A stretch of 64,000 nt of DNA from the IMG/VR virus record IMGVR_UViG_3300031841_005424, positions 1 to 64,000 of that record. The stretch is one strand, 5' to 3'. The notes under the pieces are model-generated. The model searched no databases, was not told the origin of the DNA, and was given only the letters and a program-made list of their open reading frames with translations. The stretch is from a virus. A program made the position numbers and the translations under genes. Of the stretch, positions 14,990 to 24,390 are shown in pieces (position 1 is the first letter of the stretch; the number at the start of each line of letters is the position of its first letter).

Positions 14990-15336
14990 CAGTGTACTCT
15001 TAAGGAAACGTTGCCAATATTAGAAATAACAGCCATTTCTAAGCTGTGGGCTAACGTCGCAATCAATTGTATTTCCTGTGCCGATAAGTGTACCTCAGAT
15101 ACGTCTGCCTCAATCGACTGTTCTTCTAGTTCGCTTATGCGTTCGTTGAGGATCTGAGCTGATAATCTCATCTCTAACAACGAGATAAGAAGGTCCCCCT
15201 TTAGTTCAAAGAGGCCGCTGTAATGATCTTTTAAGAGGGAGTCTGCTCTTTGAAGGTAGGAAGAAACGGGCTCGTTTATCGCCTTTAACGTAGAGACCTT
15301 AACTTTAAGTGCATCACTTTTGGACGACTTGTCCAT
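14989..15336 (-). CDS. hypothetical helical protein
   Basis: ORF in operon. Confidence 0.6.
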   Translation of the reverse strand: MDKSSKSDALKVKVSTLKAINEPVSSYLQRADSLLKDHYSGLFELKGDLLISLLEMRLSAQILNERISELEEQSIEADVSEVHLSAQEIQLIATLAHSLEMAVISNIGNVSLRVH

Positions 15337-15339
15337 TTC

Positions 15340-15600
15340 TTACTCCTCTTTCTTTGTTTCAACTATTAGTTCTGAATATCCACCTACTTTTCTAGTATAG
15401 CCTGTGGCCTTGTTGTTTTCAAGTATAATCGGAACCGTTTCCTGATCATAAAACTTTTTATAGTCCTCCAAGATATGCTGTCGGGTTTCATAGTCGCAAA
15501 AAACATATTCCAAGGGCATACTTTTACAATAATCTACAGCAAGGGCACAGAAGGTACAACTCGACCTTCCAAAGATTAAGTACCTAATATCGTTAGCCAT
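15340..15600 (-). CDS. glutaredoxin
   Basis: CTFC active site, TVPII, VGGYSEL. Confidence 0.9.
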   Translation of the reverse strand: MANDIRYLIFGRSSCTFCALAVDYCKSMPLEYVFCDYETRQHILEDYKKFYDQETVPIILENNKATGYTRKVGGYSELIVETKKEE

Positions 15601-15880
15601 TTAAGAGCCTTGTCTTTGCAGAAGCATCATTTATCGCTGAATAGATATGATCAGCTGTACCTACAGCTATGACTTCTTCGATTTTGCTGCCATGGTTAAT
15701 TTTCAAGAGAGAGAACTCAGCACTCGAAAACTCGGATTTCTCTAGAAGCAAAAAATTCTGCGCTCCATCATAATCAGTGATCGAAACTATATTGGAACTG
15801 TTAACATACATACTTTTGCAGTATATATCTCTTTTATAGCCATTGTTCTCTATCATTAATCTCTTTATTTTTATAAGCAT
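15593..15880 (-). CDS. hypothetical protein
   Basis: ORF in operon. Confidence 0.6.
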   Translation of the reverse strand: MLIKIKRLMIENNGYKRDIYCKSMYVNSSNIVSITDYDGAQNFLLLEKSEFSSAEFSLLKINHGSKIEEVIAVGTADHIYSAINDASAKTRLLNG

Positions 15881-15890
15881 TTTACTCTCA

Positions 15891-16175
15891 CTACTCTAAC
15901 GTTTTCAACACAAAGGCACAAATAAGACCCACAACACTGGTGAAAAGTGTCCAAATCATCTTAGAGGATGTTGTTTTCCAGGTCTCCAACTCTCTCAGCC
16001 TTGCATACAGGCCTTGATCGGGATTATAGACTGCTTCTTTTATTTTAGCGATGTCTTCTGACATCTCTTCTTGTTTATCTCTCAAAACATCAATACCATT
16101 ACAAACCTTGTCAAGCTTTCCTTGCATTTCCAACATACAAAGTCTATTTTCTTCATTCATAGCGCAGCCCTCCAC
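15891..16175 (-). CDS. coiled-coil protein with C-terminal TM (XhlA/holin-like architecture)
   Basis: heptad repeats then hydrophobic C-terminal helix. Confidence 0.55.
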   Translation of the reverse strand: MEGCAMNEENRLCMLEMQGKLDKVCNGIDVLRDKQEEMSEDIAKIKEAVYNPDQGLYARLRELETWKTTSSKMIWTLFTSVVGLICAFVLKTLE

Positions 16176-16206
16176 ATGTTTATACTACTCTTGTAAGTAG
16201 TATTCT

Positions 16207-17772
16207 CTAGTGGACAATACTGTGATTAGTCAATAAAAGAGTACTAGCAACTGAAATAGCATTCTTTACAGCGCATCTAGTAACTTTCGCTGGATCAATG
16301 ACTCCTGACTGGAAGAGGTCTTCTTTTTTGTTTGTAAGAAAATTGAAACCCTCTTTTTCGCCGCAGGCACCAAGGGTTAGTCTAAGCACCTCTGGGTTGT
16401 GTCCTGCGTTGACAGCCATGGTGTTAAATGGTGATTGTAGCGCTTTTCTGATAATGGTGAGTGCAGTTTCCTGTTCTTCGTTATCAAACTCCACGTCTAA
16501 GGCTTCTGAAACCTTCAGTAGGGTCATACCACCTCCGAGAACAATCCCCTCTTGCTGGGCACTATTAACGGCTTCCAGAGCATCTTCGATTCTGTGCTTC
16601 TTCTCAACCAACTCTACTTCAGAGTTTGCACCAACACGAATAATACCAACGCCAGAAGAGAGACGTGTGATTCTGTCCTGAAGGCGGGCTGCAGCATGAA
16701 GGTCCTCAGTGTCTTCAATTTCATTTTTGATCTCCTCTATTCTAGATTCTACCAAGTCATAATCTCCCTCACCATCAACTACAGTAGTTCTAGACTTACT
16801 GATCTCGATAGAGCGAGACGTGCCAAAATCAGACAAAGACACATCAGATAACTTATGTCCCATAGTCTGTTGTAAGAAAGTGGCTCCAGTTGCTGTAGCA
16901 AGATCACTCATAATGCCTCTTCTATCTTCGCCATAACTTGGAGCCTTAACGGCTGCAACTTTCATAGAACCTCTGATCGTATTCATAATCAAAGCTGCTA
17001 AGGCCTGACCTTCGATCTCTTCGGCAACAATGACGAATGGCCTGCCCTCTCGGGCGGCAATTTCAAGTGAAGGCAAGATATCTGCAACTTGCTCAATCTT
17101 GTTATCGGTGATAAGGAACATTGGGTTATCGTATTTGACGAGTCCAAGTCGCTCATCAGTAACGAATGCCCTGGCAGCATATCCTGAGCTGAATTTAAAC
17201 CCCTCCACCAGTTCCAGGGTTGTCTCGTGGGACCTGGCTTCCTCGATTGAAATAGAGCCGTTCTTACCCACCTTATCTACTGCCGTGGCAACTAGGTCCC
17301 CAATGACTGCATCATTGTTTGCAGAAATTGTAGCTACATGTCTGACGTCCTCAATTGAGGATACGGGTGTAGCCAAGGACGAGATGCCTTCACAGACAAC
17401 TTCGCAGCATTTATCTAGGCCTCTCTTAATCTCGATAGGGGAGACGCCGGCCTCAATGTGCTTATTAGCCTGACGGAGAATTTCTCTAGCTAGAATCGTA
17501 CTAGTAGTAGTCCCATCACCTGCTTCAGAGTTGGTCATCGCAGAAACCTGCTTGACAATCTGGGCTCCAGCATTCATGTGAGGGTCTTCAAAATCCATAT
17601 TCACCGCAACGGTGACTCCATCTTTTGTGATGAATGGCATCTTATCTTTCTGGTGGATAAGAACATTTTGACCCTTTGGTCCAAGGGTAGTCGCAACATA
17701 ATCAGCCAGAGTATTCACTCCCTCTAAGACCTTGTTGCGTAAGGTCTGGCCGTGTTCTAACTTAGTAGTCAT
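16207..17772 (-). CDS. groEL: chaperonin GroEL
   Basis: TLGPKG, ITKDGVTVA, AGDGTTT, AVKAP-x-YG, GGG, GVIDPAKV; no GGM tail. Confidence 0.97.
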   Translation of the reverse strand: MTTKLEHGQTLRNKVLEGVNTLADYVATTLGPKGQNVLIHQKDKMPFITKDGVTVAVNMDFEDPHMNAGAQIVKQVSAMTNSEAGDGTTTSTILAREILRQANKHIEAGVSPIEIKRGLDKCCEVVCEGISSLATPVSSIEDVRHVATISANNDAVIGDLVATAVDKVGKNGSISIEEARSHETTLELVEGFKFSSGYAARAFVTDERLGLVKYDNPMFLITDNKIEQVADILPSLEIAAREGRPFVIVAEEIEGQALAALIMNTIRGSMKVAAVKAPSYGEDRRGIMSDLATATGATFLQQTMGHKLSDVSLSDFGTSRSIEISKSRTTVVDGEGDYDLVESRIEEIKNEIEDTEDLHAAARLQDRITRLSSGVGIIRVGANSEVELVEKKHRIEDALEAVNSAQQEGIVLGGGMTLLKVSEALDVEFDNEEQETALTIIRKALQSPFNTMAVNAGHNPEVLRLTLGACGEKEGFNFLTNKKEDLFQSGVIDPAKVTRCAVKNAISVASTLLLTNHSIVH

Positions 17773-17796
17773 GTAACCTCTCTTTGTTATACTACT

Positions 17797-17824
17797 ATTA
17801 TAATGTAATTTGAAAAAAAGTCAA
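17797..17824 (-). promoter_or_regulatory. sigma70-type promoter for groEL
   Basis: TTGACT-N16-TATAAT. Confidence 0.6.
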
Positions 17825-17838
17825 GTGGTTTTTTAGTT

Positions 17839-19776
17839 TTATTCTTCACTGGCCTGCTTGAGATCAGTTGTTCTTTGAATGATGTCGTTTGAAGCGTCGA
17901 TAGCTGCGTCTGCCATAGCTTCGTCTTGCATCCCGCCAGCCATGTAAGAATAGGTGTTGTCTTGTACGTTCTTTACGCTTAAGAAGATACCGAAGATAGC
18001 ATCGTTAATAAGACTAGTCATTCTGTTTAGCATGTTTTGTGTATTCTGCATACCTATTTGAAGTTCTGCAAACTTTGGCTCTGTCTGCCCTTCTGGTAAC
18101 GTTCTTTGTTTCGTGAGGGTGTGGACTTTTGCCACGACAGATTGGTTTAGGTTGAACTGCTCGGTTGTAAGATACCCATAACATTGCTTTAGTGCAGCTT
18201 TTCTCTCCTCGTCGGAGCGACCTTCGGCATTATACCATTTTAATGATTCCTCAATTGAGGCAAACAAATTAGATGGTCCGCCACCAGATTTCAGCTTCCC
18301 AAGACGCTCATCTTTTAGTTTGGATTTGGAATAAACAGATAGAACACTGTCTTCGCCTGCTGCTGTTCCTTTTCCACCATTGTTAGCGTTCTTTGCACAA
18401 GTAGCTAGATTCCTTGCCTTCGTTTTTAACGCCTTGGCATCAAGGCCTTGGACGGCTGGATGGTTCGCTGCTTGTGCTTGCGTTAAAGCACCGAGTATAA
18501 CACTCTGCAAAGCACTCCATCCTTTACGGCCGTCGTCTCCTCTGGCGTCTTGACCCATCATTTTTGAGTCGCCCCTAGAAACATAAGCTGGGGTTGGCTC
18601 AAAGTCTTCTGGAGGCTCTTCTCCCTTCTTTTCTAGCTTTTCAAGATACTCCTTATCGGGACTGTAAAATACGAAGTAGGTGTCTTCTGTGGACCAGTTT
18701 ATTGCTGCTGTAATCATACGAAATAGATCCTCATCTACTTGGCCCATTTCATTTCCATTTGCAACCTGTGTTTCATTATACACTGCAATTTCTTTCTTGA
18801 AAGCGTTCAAAAATACATTCTCAAGCTGTTCTGGAGAAGGGACAGCGGAACCTGGTAGAGTTGCTGCAAAGTCAGGTGTCTCGCCAGACATGAAAGATAC
18901 AGGAAGCTGAATGCACTTTTGAGACTTTGCTGATGAGCGGGCGAGGATGTCAAATACGTTTTCCAGTGTAAAGTCAAACTGATACCAGCGAAGTATTCCG
19001 TTGATGTCTAGACCTTCTTTTTGGCCACCTTCAAACTCTTTTGTTACCGCAAGATAACGCATGAATGGGTGGTCAAAAGCCTCCTTCTGTTCTGCTAAAT
19101 CGTTCGCTAGATCGGTAAATGAACCACCAACGTGCAGTTTGCCTTCCTGATAAAGCTTTAGAGAGATAGGCGTGTTTGTTCCATCTGCTCTTGAAACAAA
19201 GTCAGCAATGGTTCCTGTGTTTGCTTTAACCTGATAACCAGAAACAAGAACAGCAAGGAAAGCTTCAAAGTTAAACCCTGCTGATGCAGCATTAAAGTTT
19301 GAGATAACTTTTGTAAGTGTCTTGAAGAAGGTTAAATACCCAAGAGCCGCTGCGATTTGTCTTGGCATTGATGAACTACCTTCTGGAAACATTTCCTGCA
19401 TTGCTGCGTCGGGGTCGTCATAGAACTTTGCCAAAGAGTTAATTTTTGTTTGGAAGCTGTCACCTTGGATTTTGGAAAGAAACTGCTCTAGCTTCTTTCT
19501 TTCGGGGCCAGAGACTGCTGTGTCTCCCTCACCTGTAAGGTTCGTCCATCCAAGTTCCGAAACTGCAATCTCTGGGACTGCCTGCAAAGTCATTGAGACT
19601 TCTTTTCTCTCATTAACAAACTGCTCTCTAAGAAGCTCTATTTCGCTTTTGTGGGTCTTAAAAAGCTTGTCTTTTTCTACCTCATAGACTTCTGCGATTA
19701 GACCATAAAGGTCTCCAAAAGTTGAAAGCGATGGTTTCTTGTTGTTCTCAGATAAAAATTCTTTGTGCCAGGTCAT
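17839..19776 (-). CDS. large hypothetical protein with PD-(D/E)XK-like motif, probable virion protein
   Basis: AGFNFEAFLA...IADF...ISLK; N-terminal FLSE. Confidence 0.6.
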   Translation of the reverse strand: MTWHKEFLSENNKKPSLSTFGDLYGLIAEVYEVEKDKLFKTHKSEIELLREQFVNERKEVSMTLQAVPEIAVSELGWTNLTGEGDTAVSGPERKKLEQFLSKIQGDSFQTKINSLAKFYDDPDAAMQEMFPEGSSSMPRQIAAALGYLTFFKTLTKVISNFNAASAGFNFEAFLAVLVSGYQVKANTGTIADFVSRADGTNTPISLKLYQEGKLHVGGSFTDLANDLAEQKEAFDHPFMRYLAVTKEFEGGQKEGLDINGILRWYQFDFTLENVFDILARSSAKSQKCIQLPVSFMSGETPDFAATLPGSAVPSPEQLENVFLNAFKKEIAVYNETQVANGNEMGQVDEDLFRMITAAINWSTEDTYFVFYSPDKEYLEKLEKKGEEPPEDFEPTPAYVSRGDSKMMGQDARGDDGRKGWSALQSVILGALTQAQAANHPAVQGLDAKALKTKARNLATCAKNANNGGKGTAAGEDSVLSVYSKSKLKDERLGKLKSGGGPSNLFASIEESLKWYNAEGRSDEERKAALKQCYGYLTTEQFNLNQSVVAKVHTLTKQRTLPEGQTEPKFAELQIGMQNTQNMLNRMTSLINDAIFGIFLSVKNVQDNTYSYMAGGMQDEAMADAAIDASNDIIQRTTDLKQASEE

Positions 19777-19796
19777 GATCTATCCCCTTGGTATAA

Positions 19797-20516
19797 TTAG
19801 ATTATTTCGTCAGCAATGCCCAACTTAATTGCTTCCTCTGCAGAGATGTAAACATCTCTCTGAGTCTTGAGCATTCTCTTGATCTTCGTCTTGGTCATCT
19901 TCGTATATCCAGCCAAGGTTTCTATGTAGCTGTCCTGAACCCACTTGATTTCTTCTAGCTCATTTTCCATATTGAAGATTGTTCCGCCGGCTCCTGCGAG
20001 CACGTTATGTAACATGATCCTGCAGTTCTTGCCAATCTTTCTACGGCCTGGGGTGCCTGCTGCCAGAATCGGTACACCTGCAGACATAACCTTACCTATT
20101 CCTATTGTCTCTATGTCGCAAGTTCTTTCCTTTATCATGTCCATAACATCCAAGATAGAAAACATATCAGATGCTACTCCACCATGAGTTGAAACGTACA
20201 TCTGAATAGGTCTTGCGACGGTCAAGACTGGAGATTTTGGATCAGATGGATTCTCGAAAATCTGTGTAAGAGAGCTGCTCTCTAAATACAACAAAGCAGC
20301 AACCACATCTGCACCTCGGGGCTCAGATATATCCCCATAAAGGCTTATCGTTCTTAATTCTGGAGTATCATCCTGGGGTGGCTGGATATTGTTGATAATA
20401 ACGAATTTTTTATCATCAATCGAGTCTAGTGTCGTTGGCTCCAAGTCTATGTGTTGGAGTTCTTCTGCTTTCTTTTTCTTGTTTTTGTTCTTTTTGTCTT
20501 TCTTTTTATCGCTCAT
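19797..20516 (-). CDS. clpP: ClpP-family serine protease
   Basis: STHGG, GKVMSAG (catalytic Ser), RIMLH (His), RDVYISAEEAIKLGIADEI. Confidence 0.92.
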   Translation of the reverse strand: MSDKKKDKKNKNKKKKAEELQHIDLEPTTLDSIDDKKFVIINNIQPPQDDTPELRTISLYGDISEPRGADVVAALLYLESSSLTQIFENPSDPKSPVLTVARPIQMYVSTHGGVASDMFSILDVMDMIKERTCDIETIGIGKVMSAGVPILAAGTPGRRKIGKNCRIMLHNVLAGAGGTIFNMENELEEIKWVQDSYIETLAGYTKMTKTKIKRMLKTQRDVYISAEEAIKLGIADEII

Positions 20517-20761
20517 TTTATCTCTTTCACAATAATATTGTTGTCTAAGCTGCCTATAAAAGCCACAAACTCATCATTTGATGAGAAAACTTTCTTAAAA
20601 ATTAATATTTCCTCATCCTTTGTCGTATCCACACCTTGTGCGACATTAGACCAATCCGAAAACATGTCAAAAATATATTTTTCTTCTTCTACGGGGAAAG
20701 ACAACTGAATTCTATATTCGTTTTCTTGCCTCCAGAAGACCCCTCTTGTTTTTTCTTTCAT
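20513..20761 (-). CDS. hypothetical protein
   Basis: GGAG SD; extended -10 TGTTATAAT upstream (~20802-20810). Confidence 0.6.
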   Translation of the reverse strand: MKEKTRGVFWRQENEYRIQLSFPVEEEKYIFDMFSDWSNVAQGVDTTKDEEILIFKKVFSSNDEFVAFIGSLDNNIIVKEIK

Positions 20762-20831
20762 AACAAATGCACTCCGAAAATTGTGAGCACTTGTTATAAC
20801 TATTATAACAGAAATGTTTTAGCATGTATAT

Positions 20832-20866
20832 AAAAAAACCCCAAAGATTTTAGTCTTTGGGGTTTT
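20832..20866 (-). terminator. intrinsic terminator (possibly bidirectional)
   Basis: AAAACCCCAAAGA/TCTTTGGGGTTTT perfect stem with T7 on minus strand. Confidence 0.85.
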
Positions 20867-20893
20867 GGATCCAAATGAGTGAAAATAAGATCC

Positions 20894-21451
20894 TTACTTG
20901 CTATTCATCTTCTCGCGAATAATACGCTTTGTTACTCTGCGAAGAATCTCCTGAACAACAGCATCTCTGTCTTCAAGAAGGTCCTCCTCCTCTTCTTCCT
21001 CAGGCTCGCCCATGTCCATCTCTGGCTCTTCCTCAGGCTCACCCATGTCCATCTCTGGCTCTTCCATCTCTGGCTCTTCCATCTCTGGCTCTGCAGCCAT
21101 GGCTTCCTTCAGACGCTCGCCAAGCTCAATAAGGACCTGAGCCTCTTCCTCGGTAAGGCTGATGTCTGCGTCACCTGGCTCTTCGTCCATGTCCATGTCC
21201 ATGTCGAGTTCCATGTCCTCTTCGTCGGCGGCTTCTTCTTCCTGCTCAGTGATCTCTTCTTCCTGCTCAGTGATCTCTTCTTCCTGCTCAGTGATCTCTT
21301 CTTCAGTCTCGTTAATCTCTTCTTCGTCGTCTCTCTTGTTCATCTTTCCATAACCCATCTCCTGAATGAAGTTATCAGTGAGGGGCGATGTATTTGCCAA
21401 CGCCATAAATCGGCGGACTGTATTTTCGTTAAGTAATTTCTTGTCACTCAT
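20894..21451 (-). CDS. highly acidic low-complexity protein, probable prohead core/internal protein
   Basis: E/D-rich with repeated I/L-x-E motifs; ACTATTTA motif and AAGGAG SD upstream; own terminator. Confidence 0.7.
   Translation of the reverse strand: MSDKKLLNENTVRRFMALANTSPLTDNFIQEMGYGKMNKRDDEEEINETEEEITEQEEEITEQEEEITEQEEEAADEEDMELDMDMDMDEEPGDADISLTEEEAQVLIELGERLKEAMAAEPEMEEPEMEEPEMDMGEPEEEPEMDMGEPEEEEEEDLLEDRDAVVQEILRRVTKRIIREKMNSK
21234..21304. repeat. 21-bp tandem repeat x3 encoding EITEQEE
   Basis: tcttcttcctgctcagtgatc repeated. Confidence 0.9.
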
Positions 21452-21521
21452 TTAAAAAATCTCCTTTTATACACAAAATGGTGTGAAATACATAAATAAA
21501 TAGTGCTTTTACACTATAAAA

Positions 21522-21737
21522 TCATTTTTTTATTCTCTTTGAAAGCTTCTTCAAAGCCTGCTTTTCGATTTGCGATACCCTAACCAAAGATATGTGCAAT
21601 CTTTTCGCCACTTCCTCTAGAGTCATGGCTCCATGTTTCTCTATCGCAGTAAGGGCACAGTTGTCGTCTTCTGGGTAGTCAATCCAGTATCTATAGTTTT
21701 GTTCGTTCTTTTCAATGTTTTCTTTATTCTTCTTCAA
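21522..21737 (-). CDS. stand-alone sigma-70 region 4 HTH protein
   Basis: MTLEEVAKRLHISLVRVSQIEKQALKKL matches sigma region 4.2. Confidence 0.85.
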   Translation of the reverse strand: MKKNKENIEKNEQNYRYWIDYPEDDNCALTAIEKHGAMTLEEVAKRLHISLVRVSQIEKQALKKLSKRIKK

Positions 21738-22038
21738 AGTCTTCCTCTATTAGATCAAATATAAAATTCTTCTCGTTCTCTGTCAAACCTAAATCATGCA
21801 AAATTTCCTCCCCTTGTTCTATTTCTTTCACAGAGGCTTTTCTCTTTCTCTTTCCCATTGAGCTTTTTTCAATCTTTATTCTTTCCACTATCTTAGCCAT
21901 CTCCAAATCGTTGTCGACATATAACTTTACTAATCCCCTGAAAAAGTTTCCCTGAGTTAATCTGTCATACCTCAACCTAACAATCATTCTAGCGTGCTGG
22001 TCATCAACTTCTTTAAATTGTATTATCTTCGTTTTCAT
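21724..22038 (-). CDS. hypothetical protein
   Basis: ORF coupled to IMPDH and sigma-r4 genes. Confidence 0.65.
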   Translation of the reverse strand: MKTKIIQFKEVDDQHARMIVRLRYDRLTQGNFFRGLVKLYVDNDLEMAKIVERIKIEKSSMGKRKRKASVKEIEQGEEILHDLGLTENEKNFIFDLIEEDFEEE

Positions 22039-23072
22039 CTGGACAAGATATGAGTACTGCTCTCTAATTGACCTGCTGAAGATTGCTGAATAAAGTCAGC
22101 CACAGACTGCATTTCGGAAATACTTCTTGCTCCAGAATAAGACAGACCAGACTTTATGTTCTTCACAAGATTAGCAATAATATTATTGACGGAACCCTTA
22201 TATGGTATGGTGGTGGAAATACCCTCCAGAGACCTTGCTTGTCCCCGCCAGGCAACCTGTGCCTCGACACTGGCCATACCTCTATAAACCTTATATTTCT
22301 TATCAGCTTTCCCACTCAGAACCTCTCCAGGACTTTCATCGGTGCCAGCCAACATAGAGCCGAGCATAACAAAATCAGCACCAGCAGCGAGCGCCTTCAC
22401 GATATCTCCAGAGGTCTTTATACCCCCATCGGCGATGATTGCCGCACCAGGCGTGTCCCTGCAATCATAGACAGACTGAAATGTTGGCACACCATGACCA
22501 GTCTGAATCCTTGTGGAACAAATAGATCCTCCTCCTATACCTATTCTTACAGCGTCGGCTCCCCACTCAGACAAATCAGAGTAACCTTCCGCAGTCGCGA
22601 CGTTACCCGCAATAATGGCGATAGAGTCAGCATGTTTATCTCTGAGAGATTTGATAGTTCTTTCGACCAAAACGTGATGGCCATGGGCAACATCAACACA
22701 TATTAGACGGGCGCCGGCTTCGATAAGGTCCTCAGCCCTCTTTACGCTGTCCTTAGAAGCCCCGATTGCTGCAGAGAGCTTTCCCGCAAATACATTCGAT
22801 TCTAACTCGAGTATATCTCTCGTTTCATGCAAGATTCTTATTTGCTCTTCTGCACTCTTATATCTGTGCAAAATACCCAAACCGCCATGGCGAGCCATAG
22901 TTATCATCATGTTTGATTCAGTGACCGTATCCATGGGGCTTGAAATTATCGGCATAGTAAAATTGACATTACCAATAGTCGAGTTTAGACTAACTTCGTC
23001 TCTCGTCCTGATGTTGCTACTCTTCGGCACCAGTAGTATATCATCAAACGACAAAACTTGCTTAGGTCTCAT
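22035..23072 (-). CDS. guaB: IMP dehydrogenase / GMP reductase family (no CBS domains)
   Basis: [47 protein letters not shown]. Confidence 0.88.
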   Translation of the reverse strand: MRPKQVLSFDDILLVPKSSNIRTRDEVSLNSTIGNVNFTMPIISSPMDTVTESNMMITMARHGGLGILHRYKSAEEQIRILHETRDILELESNVFAGKLSAAIGASKDSVKRAEDLIEAGARLICVDVAHGHHVLVERTIKSLRDKHADSIAIIAGNVATAEGYSDLSEWGADAVRIGIGGGSICSTRIQTGHGVPTFQSVYDCRDTPGAAIIADGGIKTSGDIVKALAAGADFVMLGSMLAGTDESPGEVLSGKADKKYKVYRGMASVEAQVAWRGQARSLEGISTTIPYKGSVNNIIANLVKNIKSGLSYSGARSISEMQSVADFIQQSSAGQLESSTHILSR

Positions 23073-23358
23073 TGTTTAGTGTTCCTCCTTGGTCAAAACA
23101 GTCAAGACAAAGAAGATCCAAGTTCTCACTCTGCTGATTAATCTTCCAGTTATCAATCTTCTCATCTGGATGTGGTGGCCTTTGACATGACGAACATACC
23201 ACCATCTTTTTAAACTGTCTCATCCTCTTTTTAAATTCCTTGAAGACAGTCTTTTGCTTTTTTCTTGCGATCTTCCTTGCTAAACTCATTTTATTCTCCT
23301 GTAGATCCAAAGCCGCCAGTGCCACGAGCGGTCCTTCTAGAATACACCATATCTTCAT
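23062..23358 (-). CDS. small zinc-finger protein (probable start MSLARK)
   Basis: CSSC...CLDC. Confidence 0.55.
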   Translation of the reverse strand: MKIWCILEGPLVALAALDLQENKMSLARKIARKKQKTVFKEFKKRMRQFKKMVVCSSCQRPPHPDEKIDNWKINQQSENLDLLCLDCFDQGGTLNNET

Positions 23359-23746
23359 CTATTTCAACAAGAATCGGAGAGGATATTGGAATAAACACAC
23401 CTTGAGCCAACTTCGTCCCCGGTTCAATAACTTGCTCAGTTGTTCCTATGTTTTGAAGGTTCACGAACAATTCTCCATCATAGCCACAATCCACAACACA
23501 GGCTCCGGTGATTAACTGTTTCTTGGACGCTACACCCGACTTGTTCATAATCTGGAGCATATGCCCCTCCGGGACGCCAATCTTTAGACCTGTTCCCAAG
23601 ATTGCAGACTGATTAGGCTGCAAAACAACAGGTTCATTGTTCTCTGGGGCAAAAAAGAAATCCATACCCGCGTCGAGGTCATGGGCCCTCAGCGGTAGTC
23701 GTGCGGATTCCCTCAATCTATAAACTCTAACTTTTTCTTTAAGCAT
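23291..23746 (-). CDS. dut: trimeric dUTPase
   Basis: DAGMD, KSG, VVDCGYDGE, AQ, RGTGGFGSTG motifs I-V. Confidence 0.95.
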   Translation of the reverse strand: MLKEKVRVYRLRESARLPLRAHDLDAGMDFFFAPENNEPVVLQPNQSAILGTGLKIGVPEGHMLQIMNKSGVASKKQLITGACVVDCGYDGELFVNLQNIGTTEQVIEPGTKLAQGVFIPISSPILVEIDEDMVYSRRTARGTGGFGSTGE

Positions 23747-24380
23747 TTCTCTCTCCTTTTGTTTTTACGTCCTGCTCCTCAAGAAGTGTATATGTAAAAC
23801 TGTTTCCAAACTTGTCGGCGCACTTGTTGCAAGTATCCATAAACTCATAAAAGTCCTTACTTGATTGAAACACTTGGCAACCAGCTGACACGCCATCAGT
23901 GTATTCTCTTTCATCAGAGCCAAACTGACGGTGGATATTAATGCCATAAAACCCCTCGTGCTCTGGACCCACATAATCTGGAGTAGTATCTCTGTTGGTG
24001 TCTCTCCAAATCCTCACCTTTCCATTACGTTGACATAGAGCTGTATACTTTCTCTTTCCTCCATGAATATCGATCTTATACACTCCCCTATATTGATCCG
24101 GTACCAGAATCGCAGTGCCCGTCGAAACGATAGGTTTTGTCAGTATCCTTGTACCAGGCTCTGTGGTTGCTGGGTACATGTCACACACCCATTGGCCATT
24201 AATCTTATAGAACAAATTAATAAAATCATCAAACTGTGATGCATCACCTGAATCATTTCTCACTCCTATGATATTGAGATTATAGTCTCCGTTTTCAAAG
24301 AATGCATAACCCTTGTTCTCTAAGGTATCTTTATAATGTTCTGCCATTATCTTGGCAGCAAGCCCTGTTATTCTAGACAT
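23739..24380 (-). CDS. YkuD/L,D-transpeptidase-like cell-wall enzyme (candidate endolysin)
   Basis: GINIH...SAGCQV His/Cys motif. Confidence 0.55.
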   Translation of the reverse strand: MSRITGLAAKIMAEHYKDTLENKGYAFFENGDYNLNIIGVRNDSGDASQFDDFINLFYKINGQWVCDMYPATTEPGTRILTKPIVSTGTAILVPDQYRGVYKIDIHGGKRKYTALCQRNGKVRIWRDTNRDTTPDYVGPEHEGFYGINIHRQFGSDEREYTDGVSAGCQVFQSSKDFYEFMDTCNKCADKFGNSFTYTLLEEQDVKTKGERNA

Positions 24381-24390
24381 TACTTTCTCC

